Counted from the stretch's first letter, positions 29,086 through 38,258 are shown. The stretch: DNA of 64,000 bases from Minisyncoccota bacterium (GCA_041665445.1 JBAYIV010000002.1:5836-69835); one strand, 5' to 3'. Notes: generated by a model not told the origin, from the sequence alone. Translations and numbers: made by a program.

Positions 29086-29235
29086 CTATTGGGTTTTTTT
29101 AAGAAAATGGTACGTGCCCAACGCGATGAGCGCAGTAACCGCAATGACCATCGATGCCATCGGGTTGAGCATGGCCGAGAAAAGCACCAACAGTGCCGCC
29201 AGCATAGCGATAATTCCCTCAATTTTGTTTGACAT
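29086..29235 (-). CDS. 49-aa two-TM membrane protein (absent from ORF track)
   Basis: MSNKIEGIIAMLAALLVLFSAMLNPMASMVIAVTALIALGTYHFLKKTQ; TATACT upstream. Confidence 0.65.
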   Translation of the reverse strand: MSNKIEGIIAMLAALLVLFSAMLNPMASMVIAVTALIALGTYHFLKKTQ

Positions 29236-29340
29236 AACAATACTTTTTTATTTTTATCATCAATAGTATATCACGCACCGTTTTTTCCCGACACCCTCCC
29301 CACCTCCAACTTCTTCGTCCTCGCCGCAAACAAGCCCCCG

Positions 29341-30693
29341 TCAAGTAAAAAGTTTTTGCCGTCCCTGCTGCAGATCCGCCCCACTCTCAAACCGTTTCAT
29401 AAAATTCTCCACCCGGCGATCGATAAATGCATGCCGCTTCTCCAGCGGTCGCACCAGCCAAAGCCCATCCAAACTCCTACACCGGCTCAAGGCGACGTAC
29501 GCCTGACCGTGTGCAAATGTCCCATGGCCAAAATCAATAATCATTTTATCAAAGGTTTTCCCCTGAGCCTTGTGGATGGTGAGCGCCCAAGCAAGACGCA
29601 ATGGATACTGCGCAAATGATCCGACTCTTTGAGATTCGATTTTCTTCGCATCTTTGTTATAAATATATTTTATTTTTTCCCACGTATGCCGTTCAACGGC
29701 GTGAACGGTGCCGTCCGACAAACGCACATCTACAATAAGAGTTCCATCCGCATCTTTTTTTATGTCCTCGATGAAACCAACATCACCGTTCACCCATCTG
29801 CCACGCTGATCATTATTAAGCAACATTACCTGCGCTCCCCGCTTTAAGAAAAGCCTGCTTTCCGTCGGAAGTTCTCTTGCAAAAAAATCCCCAGCGACCA
29901 CTCCTTCAGAGATGAATGCTCCCGATTGGATTTGACCAAGTTTTGCATTGTTGATTGTCGAGGCCGCGCCATTAGTGGGCACCAGATAAACATACGCATC
30001 ATCAGAAAAATCAAACTGCTCGTCGACGACCCGCTGATTAATAATTTCCAAATGCCCATCTTCGACTCGGGAAATTCTCAGCGCATCCAAGACGGCGATA
30101 AACTCGGGATCACTCTGACGATGGACGTCTTTGAGCTCAACGCAATGGATGTCAAGCGACTGGAAAGAATGCGCGCTGAAAAAATATGGACTTTCGTACG
30201 CCGTCTCAAAAATAGCTTCCTCGCCGCCGCCGACAACGGGCGGCAATTGATACAAGTCCCCAATAAATATCATCTGGACGCCGCCAAAAGGAAGTTTCTT
30301 ATTCCTGCCGTTCGCCCTCAAAAATTGATCAACGCAATCAAGCAGATCGGCGCGCACCATCGATATTTCATCGATCACAATAGCTTCGATTTCCTTAAAA
30401 AAAGCACTCCGCCTGCTGTGCCGCCGCCCCGCGTCGTCAACCGTTATCCCGGGCGCAAAACCGAAAAACGAATGGATCGTCTGTCCATCCACGTTAATAG
30501 CGGCCACGCCCGTAGGAGCCAAAACCACAAGCTTCTTGGCGCTATGCGTTTGAAAATGGCGCAAAAGCGTCGACTTGCCCGTCCCCGCTCGTCCGGTTAA
30601 AAAAATATTTTCCTGCGTTCGTTCCATGCGGTCAAGAACGAGCAGCTCTTCTTGCGTAAAAACAAAATCATCCATTGATGTTTTTCCATTCAT
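29341..30693 (-). CDS. PIF1-like SF1B helicase
   Basis: GRAGTGKS, APTGVAA, IDEISM, FGGVQ..GDLYQLPPV, AWALTIHKAQG, QAYVALSR. Confidence 0.93.
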   Translation of the reverse strand: MNGKTSMDDFVFTQEELLVLDRMERTQENIFLTGRAGTGKSTLLRHFQTHSAKKLVVLAPTGVAAINVDGQTIHSFFGFAPGITVDDAGRRHSRRSAFFKEIEAIVIDEISMVRADLLDCVDQFLRANGRNKKLPFGGVQMIFIGDLYQLPPVVGGGEEAIFETAYESPYFFSAHSFQSLDIHCVELKDVHRQSDPEFIAVLDALRISRVEDGHLEIINQRVVDEQFDFSDDAYVYLVPTNGAASTINNAKLGQIQSGAFISEGVVAGDFFARELPTESRLFLKRGAQVMLLNNDQRGRWVNGDVGFIEDIKKDADGTLIVDVRLSDGTVHAVERHTWEKIKYIYNKDAKKIESQRVGSFAQYPLRLAWALTIHKAQGKTFDKMIIDFGHGTFAHGQAYVALSRCRSLDGLWLVRPLEKRHAFIDRRVENFMKRFESGADLQQGRQKLFT

Positions 30694-30788
30694 CGCCGTA
30701 TTGCGTTTGCACAAAGCATAGCACGCCCGGCCATCAGCGGCTACATTTTTTGCCTCCGCATATCAGGCGCAACGACGTAAAATTTGCC

Positions 30789-30839
30789 TCCTATTCGCTT
30801 ATTCGCGCGCCTGCCGGCAGACAGGAATCAAAGAAGCAA
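30789..30839. repeat. Intergenic repeat copy 1 (TATTCGCTTATTCGCGCG) with a 16-nt palindromic insert
   Basis: Matches 31110-31150 apart from the inserted CCTGCCGGCAGACAGG. Confidence 0.75.
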
Positions 30840-30853
30840 TGAGTGGGGAACAT

Positions 30854-31075
30854 TTAGAGAACCACTTGTTCCTGCTGTGCTTGATCACTGGATGCGTTTT
30901 CCGAGGAAGGCGCGGCGGTTTTTGGGGAACGCGTGTTGCGTTCGATTTTCTCCAATCGGTCTACGATTTTATCTATTTTCCAATACCACAAAGCCACAAA
31001 GCGAAAAACGAGAAAGAGCCCCACAACAACCACCAGAAAAAACAAAAATGAAAACATGACGCCAAAGATTTCCAT
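30854..31075 (-). CDS. Small single-TM protein
   Basis: Hydrophobic N-terminus, then LWYWKIDKIVDRLEKIE. Confidence 0.7.
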   Translation of the reverse strand: MEIFGVMFSFLFFLVVVVGLFLVFRFVALWYWKIDKIVDRLEKIERNTRSPKTAAPSSENASSDQAQQEQVVL

Positions 31076-31109
31076 ATTTTTTTATTAGTTATTTTTTAAT
31101 TTTATTGTT

Positions 31110-31169
31110 TTAATTCCTTATTCGCTTATTCGCGCGAATTAGAGATGCAAATATAAGACGAACAAGAAA
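31110..31169. repeat. Intergenic repeat copy 2
   Basis: TTAATTCCTTATTCGCTTATTCGCGCGAAT...GAACAAGAAA. Confidence 0.75.
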
Positions 31170-31170
31170 A

Positions 31171-32007
31171 CTACACCCAGTTTTCTTTGAGATACTGAGC
31201 AAGCCATTCCTGCAATTTTTCTTTTGAGACAACACTCACATCATTTACTTTTGCTAAATCCAGCGCCGGTTGCGTAAACTCACTGGTAGTCACCACCATA
31301 GCCTTGTTACAGTTATAAAAATTCTTTGCGGCAACCGCTTCCTGAATCGCCGCATTACTGACCGTCCAGTCGCGATACGCCTTTGCTTGCACCACGATCC
31401 GCTCGTCTCCTTTTTGGATTACCAGATCCCCACCCTGATCGCCCGCGTGTCCGACATGTTGCGTCACATATTCCATTTTTTCAAACAACCGATAGAGCAA
31501 CCCCTCAAATTCAACACCACTGAGCGCATGCAAATGCTTAGAAACGCCCGCAGATCCAGCAACGGTTCGATTCATTTCTCGTTCGTCTATATATCCCCGC
31601 AATAATGCCGTCACCTCTTTTGGCTTGAGCACGACCCTCTGGTCCGCAAGGTACTTCATTAGATCGTTAATACGATGCCAATCAAACGTGTGATTTCTAT
31701 AGTGCCACACGCTTCCTCGTCGTCCATCCTGCCCAAAGCCAAAACTGGAAATAAAATTCTTGATATATTCCTCAAGATGTTTTTCTGCAATTTGCTCCTG
31801 AATTTTTTTATGCCGGGCGCCGCGCACCATTCGCACCCCAATAATGGTCGCTACCGCCGCGACAATGGCCACAACAAAATATCCCAACCACCGCCAAAAT
31901 CGAGCGCGGTCACCAAACCACGACAATGCCATAACCAAAAGATATATACCAAACAAACCAATAACGGGACGATATAATTCTTCAGCGAGAGACGATTGGC
32001 GACGCAT
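31171..32007 (-). CDS. Membrane-anchored Mrr-family restriction endonuclease
   Basis: Two N-terminal TMs; LSGVEFE...GDQGGDL...VQAK...VVTTSEFT..A. Confidence 0.88.
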   Translation of the reverse strand: MRRQSSLAEELYRPVIGLFGIYLLVMALSWFGDRARFWRWLGYFVVAIVAAVATIIGVRMVRGARHKKIQEQIAEKHLEEYIKNFISSFGFGQDGRRGSVWHYRNHTFDWHRINDLMKYLADQRVVLKPKEVTALLRGYIDEREMNRTVAGSAGVSKHLHALSGVEFEGLLYRLFEKMEYVTQHVGHAGDQGGDLVIQKGDERIVVQAKAYRDWTVSNAAIQEAVAAKNFYNCNKAMVVTTSEFTQPALDLAKVNDVSVVSKEKLQEWLAQYLKENWV

Positions 32008-32042
32008 GGTGATTTATTAATTATTTTTTTAAATTGTACCAC

Positions 32043-32080
32043 TTTAATTCCTTATTCGCATATTCGTACGAACAAGAAAC
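32043..32080. repeat. Intergenic repeat copy 3
   Basis: TTTAATTCCTTATTCGCATATTCGTACGAACAAGAAAC. Confidence 0.7.
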
Positions 32081-32103
32081 AAAAAGAATCCCTCGCTCAT
32101 TTC

Positions 32104-32295
32104 TCATAGATACCGCGGCTGAAACTTAGGATAACTTTCCTGATCGAAAAAATCTAAATCCTCATCATCAGCCCAAACAAGCTCCGTAAACTCTCCAAAA
32201 TCTTCTCCATAACCAAGACACATTGCTTTTAAGCAACTAAAAAGATTGAATCTCAAAACAATTTTTGCAATAAGCGGAAAAATCGAAATCGCCAT
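32104..32295 (-). CDS. Small hypothetical protein
   Basis: ATG 2 nt after the DpnI-like stop; acidic C-terminus. Confidence 0.5.
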   Translation of the reverse strand: MAISIFPLIAKIVLRFNLFSCLKAMCLGYGEDFGEFTELVWADDEDLDFFDQESYPKFQPRYL

Positions 32296-32297
32296 GT

Positions 32298-33065
32298 TTA
32301 AGTTAATTCATAGCGCCCGCGTGCCACAAAATCTAAATAGCCATTGTCTCGCAATACTTGCAATTGCTGGCGAATTTTATCCTTGATGTGGCGATTCTCT
32401 GGATGAAGTCTTTTTAACTCATTCTCAAATACATAAACATCATCAAGTTTAAACTCGCGTTTATTAAGTTTTTCAAGGCTTCGCATAATATCGAGAAGCC
32501 ATCCCTTCGTCGAAACCTCTTTCTCTTCTCTCAAAAATAAAGTTTTCTTCCAATCGGCGAGCACTTTCCCCCTTGATTCAATTTTTCCGTCCCGAATAAA
32601 AAATATTCTTCCGCTTTGAGGAACATTACCAAGAAAAATATTACAACCAACCCAACCTGCGCGCTGAGCCGTCGACGCGAGAGGTTTTCTTTTTTCTATA
32701 ATCCCCGGAACAAAAAAGTGTTTTGGAATTACTGAAAAATTAACTACCTCAAACCTCGCAGTGTAGTTCAAAAGAAAAAAATTAGGGTTGCCACTACTCG
32801 TGAGCCGATCCAACATTGTACGATAAGAACCATCAACAACCCTCAAACCGAAAGCGTCCTTTTTGCTTTTTAACTCATAATCCTCATGGCAATTCGAACA
32901 ACAAAAATCGGCCACAGGCTGATTGTTTGAATATTTATCGATACCAACACACCCACAATTTGGACAGAAAATTGAATCGCTAACCCACCGCTCTGTTAAA
33001 ACGCGAATTTTCTGTGATGTGCTTTGATAATTTGCCGCAAGACTTGTGTCAAACTTCAATTTCAT
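32298..33065 (-). CDS. DpnI-like (Dam-replacing family) methyl-directed restriction endonuclease
   Basis: SQKIRVLTERW, CPNCG, NNQPVADF.C..C...YELKSK, RAGWVGCNI, C-terminal winged helix HPENRHIKDKIRQQLQVLRD. Confidence 0.92.
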   Translation of the reverse strand: MKLKFDTSLAANYQSTSQKIRVLTERWVSDSIFCPNCGCVGIDKYSNNQPVADFCCSNCHEDYELKSKKDAFGLRVVDGSYRTMLDRLTSSGNPNFFLLNYTARFEVVNFSVIPKHFFVPGIIEKRKPLASTAQRAGWVGCNIFLGNVPQSGRIFFIRDGKIESRGKVLADWKKTLFLREEKEVSTKGWLLDIMRSLEKLNKREFKLDDVYVFENELKRLHPENRHIKDKIRQQLQVLRDNGYLDFVARGRYELT

Positions 33066-33207
33066 AAAAACGTCATCCACTATCATACCCCTTACAGATG
33101 CGGGCGTAAAGTGAAAAGAGATGCCACTTCCCAAAAGAAAAAGCGGTGCCGGAGAGATGAAATAGTTCCATCTCTCCGGCACCGCAGGGTGCGATCGGAC
33201 GACCAGA

Positions 33208-33624
33208 TTACGAACAGTCGCCCGAAAGAAACTTCTTGATGATCTCCGGATATTCCGGATCGATCGGCTTGTACACGCGGTCCATGCCCCAAAGAAGGAC
33301 CTCGCGTGCGTAGTTACTACGCTTGTCACGTTTGTCGAATGGGGGCAGTGTCTCCCACCCATCCTTGGATCTAACCAGGATCAGAGAGCCGTGCTCGTAC
33401 TGCGATGGCACAATCGCCATCAACCCTCCGTCTCTCAATCGGATGACGTCCCCTGGCTGGCACGCATCAAGCAGGACTTCCATCTTGACTATGTGCATCT
33501 TGTCGCCGGTGGTTAGTGCGCCCTCCCACGCAACTTGTTTCTGCTGGGACACGCATGCCCGATGGAACAAGAGGAAGCACAATGCAAACAATGTAAGTGC
33601 TGCTGCGAAACTTAAGGTTTTCAC
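33208..33624 (-). CDS. Hypothetical exported protein
   Basis: GTG start after SD GGGAGG; N-terminal hydrophobic segment. Confidence 0.55.
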   Translation of the reverse strand: MKTLSFAAALTLFALCFLLFHRACVSQQKQVAWEGALTTGDKMHIVKMEVLLDACQPGDVIRLRDGGLMAIVPSQYEHGSLILVRSKDGWETLPPFDKRDKRSNYAREVLLWGMDRVYKPIDPEYPEIIKKFLSGDCS

Positions 33625-33667
33625 AGAAACCTCCCTTTCGCAATCTCTTCTTGTGAGAAGTTTCCGC

Positions 33668-33991
33668 TCAGTCCCCCATGCCGCGCAGGAAAGTTTGGAC
33701 ATCTTTGCCCGCACCATCCTGAACGTCACCGAAGTTGAAGATCCGCTGAAGTTGGCGGACTTGGCAGTAGATACCGCCGTTGTACTTCTCCAGCGCGTGC
33801 CGGTACTTAGCACGCAAGGACGCGGGCGGCTCGAACGGCGGCTGCTTTCCCTCCTCCTCCAACACATCGATGGCCAATTGAGCGTCCGGGAGAAAGTCGT
33901 TCCAAAAAACGACCTCCTCCTGACTCATACTTGCCATGGTTCCCATGTTGAGGGGAACCCCATCCGGATAAGAAAACCCCTGACACATCAT
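33668..33991 (-). CDS. Hypothetical protein
   Basis: SD GGGAGG before ATG. Confidence 0.55.
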   Translation of the reverse strand: MMCQGFSYPDGVPLNMGTMASMSQEEVVFWNDFLPDAQLAIDVLEEEGKQPPFEPPASLRAKYRHALEKYNGGIYCQVRQLQRIFNFGDVQDGAGKDVQTFLRGMGD

Positions 33992-34021
33992 CGGCCTCCC
34001 TTCTGTGCACGCATGTGAATG

Positions 34022-34477
34022 TTAACAATCATTGCATGACTCGCCGGTCACGTTGAAGCTCTTCCCCAACGTCCATCCCAGAGGCAGGTTGAATTGCCTA
34101 ATCCACCGATATTCGGCGGCGGCCCCCGGATTGGTTTTCATAAGCATATCAAGCTCATGACGTTCTTCCTGGCACGGTTCGCCGAAAATGAAAAGCCAGA
34201 AAGCCAGACCGCTGATTGCACAGGCGGTGACGGAGATAGTGAACAACCGCATTAAGATGCCGGAGGTGCTCGCATCAAAAAACTCCATCGTCCACGCAAT
34301 GAGACCCGCACCCATAGAAAGCGCGACCGTCCCGATTGCCACGCAGAAAATGAAGCAAACAAGGAGACGATCAATCTCCCAAAGATGCGTCAACACCTTG
34401 GCAACGTTCGCGCGTCTGTCTCCGGAGAGTTGACGCACGCGATCCATCATCGCACGATACCCACTGTTTTTTGCCAT
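34022..34477 (-). CDS. Hypothetical two-TM protein
   Basis: SD AAGGGGAG; two hydrophobic segments. Confidence 0.6.
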   Translation of the reverse strand: MAKNSGYRAMMDRVRQLSGDRRANVAKVLTHLWEIDRLLVCFIFCVAIGTVALSMGAGLIAWTMEFFDASTSGILMRLFTISVTACAISGLAFWLFIFGEPCQEERHELDMLMKTNPGAAAEYRWIRQFNLPLGWTLGKSFNVTGESCNDC

Positions 34478-34604
34478 GGGATTCTCCCCTTCACGTCAGA
34501 ATTTTAAAAATGTCAATGTTCTATCCGTCATCGCCCAATGCGATAACGGTATGTATCGGTTTTTCCGATGATTGCTTATATCATAAAAATGATTTTTAGT
34601 CAAT

Positions 34605-34636
34605 AAAAAGGGCGCCCACGTATACGCGTGAGCGCC
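34605..34636 (-). terminator. Intrinsic terminator
   Basis: GGCGCTCACG-CGTATA-CGTGGGCGCC-CTTTTT; the U-G wobble supports the minus strand. Confidence 0.8.
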
Positions 34637-34648
34637 TTGCTTCTTTCG

Positions 34649-34672
34649 CTAGGTTCCTCCTGGCTGGAACAT
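34649..34672 (-). CDS. Micro-ORF MFQPGGT
   Basis: GAAAGGAACGCTG-ATG TTC CAG CCA GGA GGA ACC TAG. Confidence 0.35.
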   Translation of the reverse strand: MFQPGGT

Positions 34673-34941
34673 CAGCGTTCCTTTCTGCGAACCATTGTCC
34701 GCACGAATGCCCCGATGCCCATCGATGGGCGGGGGCAAGTGATTGCCGTCGACTCCGTTCGCCGGGTGCGGGCGCCTCCGATGTTTCTGCGGAGAGGCGT
34801 CCCTTGAATGCCGGCGTCTCTTCGAAGACGATCGGGGACAATGCGCGCATCACTATGTCGCATTGCGCCCCCGCTTTGTTCGTCGTTTCTTCCGTCCCGA
34901 CCTTGGTCAGTGGACGACGAACCCGATTTCGTGTGGTTGCA

Positions 34942-34965
34942 CTAGAGTCCCCCTGGCTGGAACAT
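34942..34965 (-). CDS. Micro-ORF MFQPGGL
   Basis: GGAAAGGAGGAAGG-ATG TTC CAG CCA GGG GGA CTC TAG. Confidence 0.4.
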   Translation of the reverse strand: MFQPGGL

Positions 34966-35090
34966 CCTTCCTCCTTTCCGCTTGAACATTCGTCCAAGCA
35001 AGGTGATGTGGCGACTCGAGCGTTCCCCGTTCGCGCGCATTCTCCACTTCATCGCGGGTGCGAGCACGAGAACGCCAGGCCGGGTCGCGG

Positions 35091-35165
35091 TCAGGCGACG
35101 ATGCCCTTGACGCCGAAGACGATGTTCATCAAAAGGATTTCCCGGTAGATTCTGAAGACACGCAT
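35091..35165 (-). CDS. 24-aa peptide MRVFRIYREILLMNIVFGVKGIVA
   Basis: SD GGAGG; first ORF after the promoter. Confidence 0.4.
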   Translation of the reverse strand: MRVFRIYREILLMNIVFGVKGIVA

Positions 35166-35262
35166 GTGTCCTGCCCTCCAAAATAATAATGTAGTGTGCA
35201 AAATCCCAAGGAACACATGGATTGCGGCCATCCGCTTCCCATCCTCAAGATTGATAAGGTAC

Positions 35263-35290
35263 ATTATAGCACAATGAAATTATATGTCAA
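35263..35290 (-). promoter_or_regulatory. Consensus sigma70 promoter
   Basis: TTGACA-16-TATAAT with extended TG. Confidence 0.8.
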
Positions 35291-35364
35291 GTACCTCCAA
35301 AAAAGAAAACGGGCCCCGCGCAGTATATGCGGGACCCGGTTGGCACTGACGCGGAATAGAAATG

Positions 35365-35841
35365 TCAGCTCGCTTTGGCAAGGAGAGATGCCTTTATCAC
35401 AGCCGACACGTGGTTGACCGGCAGATCCAGCGCAAGCCAGATGTGATCACACATCCATTCCCCGCCCTGACGATACAGACAGAAGGTGTTTCTGTGTCCG
35501 CACGGACTGCGGACGATGGTTCCGTCAAAATAAATATGAGGCGGTCCACCGCCGATCCTTTCCTCCCAGCACCGAGGAATCATCCGCTTGTTTTCCCAAA
35601 GCACGAGAAATGCTCTGGCATCAAGCAGAACCCACCCGGCCATTTTCAATCGGCTGATCCGCTCAAAACCGCCGACACGAGTATCCCCGTCATCAACGAC
35701 GCTCCCCAGAGAAATCGTCGCAAGATCAACGGAGGCGACGCTCAAGGATTGTTCGTCCTGCTCGGAGATCTTCCATCCCGCGCCGACAAATGTCCCCGGA
35801 TCAAAGGAAACACGCTTAAGCTGTAAAACCGTACCACCCAT
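35365..35841 (-). CDS. Hypothetical protein
   Basis: SD GGGAGG; TTGACC-17-CATAAT promoter; downstream GGGCCCCGC...GCGGGACCC hairpin. Confidence 0.65.
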   Translation of the reverse strand: MGGTVLQLKRVSFDPGTFVGAGWKISEQDEQSLSVASVDLATISLGSVVDDGDTRVGGFERISRLKMAGWVLLDARAFLVLWENKRMIPRCWEERIGGGPPHIYFDGTIVRSPCGHRNTFCLYRQGGEWMCDHIWLALDLPVNHVSAVIKASLLAKAS

Positions 35842-35974
35842 GACATCCTCCCTTCATCCAAGGTTTGCGTTTTGTTTGGGATCCGTCACCGACTCTTTTC
35901 CGCCATCGTTTCAAAGTTTCCGTTAACGATTATGTCACAATATAATTACCAGGTCAATCTTTGGCGGCCACAGA

Positions 35975-37231
35975 TCATGCATGATCCCCCGCCACAAATC
36001 CGGTCGTCCAACATAGCTGGAGACTATATCCTCCCGATGGTCGGTTAATATTAAGTGCATCACCAACAATATATAACTGCGGCACCACACGCGATTGCAT
36101 GGTTTTAAAATCAACTTCCTCAAGCGCAACTCCCCCCGAAGAGACGATTGCCTTTCGCGCGCCAAGAAGCCCTTTAACATGCATTGGAATCGCCTTTGAT
36201 GCCTGGATAAGTTTAATCCTGTCTTCATGACGCACGCTGTGATTTGGCGTCTGACCATCGATGCTGGTTATTTCAAGTAGCACCGGCACAAGTGCCGGTG
36301 AGATGAGCAAGTCCAGCGTGTTTTTTAATTTTTTATTGCTTTGCGCCGCAAGCAGATGGTGCAAGCGTTGTTTTACCGCGCCGTGATCCAACGCCGGAAA
36401 CAAATCAAGGGCAATGGTTACCTGACCATACCGCAGAGATTCTCCGATGTTTTGGCTCATATTAAGCACCGTCGGACCGCTGATGCCCACATGAGTGAAA
36501 AGCACCTTCCCCTTTTTAACGTCTTGCTTCTTCCCATCCAGCAAGACCGTAAGTTTGATGTTATCAATAACCACACCCGCTATTTTTTTTGCCCACGCAT
36601 CCTTGAGCGCAACGGGGACAAGCGCAAAATCATTTTTTATAATCGTGTGCCCAATCTTTTTAAGCCATCCAAATCCCTCTCCTGTCGATCCCGTTTCGGG
36701 GTGCGAAATGCCTCCTGTGGCAAGCACACAGGCACGCGCCGTCAACATCTCTCCTTTTTTGAGATGAACAACGAATTGCTCCTCTTTTTTGTCAAAAACA
36801 AAACCATCAACCGTTGCATCGGTTCGCACCGCAACGTTGCCCGCCCGCATATAACCGACCAACGCATCCAGTACGGACTGTGATCTGTCCGAAACGGGGA
36901 ACATTCTTCCCTCCGCCTCTTCTTTCGTCTTCATCCCCTGATGATTAAAAAAAGTAAGCGTCTTTTGGACGTCGTACTGCGCAAACGCAGACATGAGAAA
37001 TTGGTCGCTCCCAACATAGTGTGCCGCCAACGTACGCACGATACGCTGATTATTGGTAACATTGCACCGTCCTCCGCCGGTGATAAGCAGTTTTTTTCCC
37101 AGCACAGGATTTTTTTCGAGCAGCAAAACCGAGCGGCCTCGTTCGGCCGCCCGTCCCGCCGCCATCATGCCCGCCGGTCCTCCGCCGATAACCACCACAT
37201 CGCAGACACCATGCTTCTTGTTTTTTATCAT
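35975..37231 (-). CDS. HI0933/BaiN-family NAD(P)/FAD-dependent oxidoreductase
   Basis: GGGPAGMMAA, GKKLLITGGGRCNVTN, LFTHVGISGP, GGYSLQ. Confidence 0.93.
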   Translation of the reverse strand: MIKNKKHGVCDVVVIGGGPAGMMAAGRAAERGRSVLLLEKNPVLGKKLLITGGGRCNVTNNQRIVRTLAAHYVGSDQFLMSAFAQYDVQKTLTFFNHQGMKTKEEAEGRMFPVSDRSQSVLDALVGYMRAGNVAVRTDATVDGFVFDKKEEQFVVHLKKGEMLTARACVLATGGISHPETGSTGEGFGWLKKIGHTIIKNDFALVPVALKDAWAKKIAGVVIDNIKLTVLLDGKKQDVKKGKVLFTHVGISGPTVLNMSQNIGESLRYGQVTIALDLFPALDHGAVKQRLHHLLAAQSNKKLKNTLDLLISPALVPVLLEITSIDGQTPNHSVRHEDRIKLIQASKAIPMHVKGLLGARKAIVSSGGVALEEVDFKTMQSRVVPQLYIVGDALNINRPSGGYSLQLCWTTGFVAGDHA

Positions 37232-37377
37232 ACCGCAACCGCTCCGCTTGTTGTTTAAAATCATCACACCATCCACTCACTCCCTCCCGCCTCATTCGCC
37301 CATTTGCATGAATGAGCGAACAAAGACCGGGAGTCATTCAAAAAAACATTTTTAAAATCACGCCGAAAAAACAAATT

Positions 37378-38001
37378 TTATTTTTTCCCTTTTTTTACGG
37401 TCTTCTTTGCTTTTGCGGGTTTGGCCGCCGCCACTGGTTTGATAGTCGCCGCGGATTTAGCGTCAACTGGTTTTGTAACAACCGGATTCTGATTCATGGC
37501 CGCGCGCAAGGTTTCTCTAACTTTTTCTTCCACCATCACCGGTTTTACGAACGGCGCAGGAGCAGACATCGCTTCCACAGCTTTAATGAGCCGATCCATT
37601 TTTGCGTTCAGAAGCTCCAATTGTCTTTTCACTTCATCGTTGTTTCCTCCAGCAGTCCCGCCGCCAAAATCGGTTCTTGCCTGAATCGCACGGTCGCCAA
37701 AGCTCCTTTGCGGAAATCGGCTTTCTCCCCGGTCATCGCCTCCATCTCTTTTGGCCCCAAAGCAGGCCGTGCAATAGACGGGCTTGCCTGGCGCGGGACG
37801 AAACGGCACCTCGCAGGGTTTTCCGCACTGATCGCAAATTGCTTCGTGCATGGTAACCGAGCCGCGATCTCTGTCGCCAAAGCTGCCTCTATTGCCCCCG
37901 CCGGAAAAATTCGATCGGCCGCCGCCATCGCGTCCTCTAAATCCCCCGCCGCCTCCGCCTCCGCCAAAACGCTTCCCACCGCTTCGTTTAAAATCTCCCA
38001 T
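37378..38001 (-). CDS. CxxC-x17-CxxC domain protein
   Basis: G/R-rich N-terminus; CDQCGKPCEVPFRP..GKPVYCTACF; Lys-rich tail. Confidence 0.9.
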   Translation of the reverse strand: MGDFKRSGGKRFGGGGGGGGFRGRDGGGRSNFSGGGNRGSFGDRDRGSVTMHEAICDQCGKPCEVPFRPAPGKPVYCTACFGAKRDGGDDRGESRFPQRSFGDRAIQARTDFGGGTAGGNNDEVKRQLELLNAKMDRLIKAVEAMSAPAPFVKPVMVEEKVRETLRAAMNQNPVVTKPVDAKSAATIKPVAAAKPAKAKKTVKKGKK

Positions 38002-38126
38002 ATAGGTTATATCAGTTATTGCGACAAGCAGAGTATGCGCTGTTTTTATCCAAAAAGCAAAGACGCGGCATCTATCCCAAATCAAACCGCGCCAAACAAA
38101 AACACCCGCGAGGGGTGCTTTTGTTT

Positions 38127-38258
38127 TTATTTTCCCTTTTTCCCTCCTTTCTTGGCTTTCTTTGCCGCCAGCATGACTCGCTTTGCCTCAAGCCGCTTCT
38201 TGGTTTTGTGAGGATGCGATTGCTTTTTGCTCGTCAACCCCGTACTTCTTTTTGCCAT
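38127..38258 (-). CDS. 43-aa very basic protein (absent from ORF track)
   Basis: MAKRSTGLTSKKQSHPHKTKKRLEAKRVMLAAKKAKKGGKKGK; followed by a CACCC..GGGTG hairpin. Confidence 0.65.
   Translation of the reverse strand: MAKRSTGLTSKKQSHPHKTKKRLEAKRVMLAAKKAKKGGKKGK

Larger units (their letters stand above)
34637..35256 (-). ncRNA. Putative structured RNA / micro-ORF transcript
   Basis: Bounded by a consensus promoter and a terminator; several consecutive hairpins; only 24-, 7- and 7-aa ORFs carry SD sequences. Confidence 0.5.

Noticed and set aside
30789-32080. CRISPR array or integron attC array
   Set aside because: Only three degenerate copies at irregular, gene-sized spacing; no cas or intI gene and no attC core sites.
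35091-35165. UGA read-through (genetic code 25) extending the short ORFs
   Set aside because: prfB is present, and conserved genes end cleanly at TGA with no internal TGA codons.
34637-35256. RNase P RNA, tmRNA or SRP RNA
   Set aside because: No GAGGAAAGTCC P4 motif, no tRNA-like ends or tag peptide, and no SRP helix-8 motif seen.
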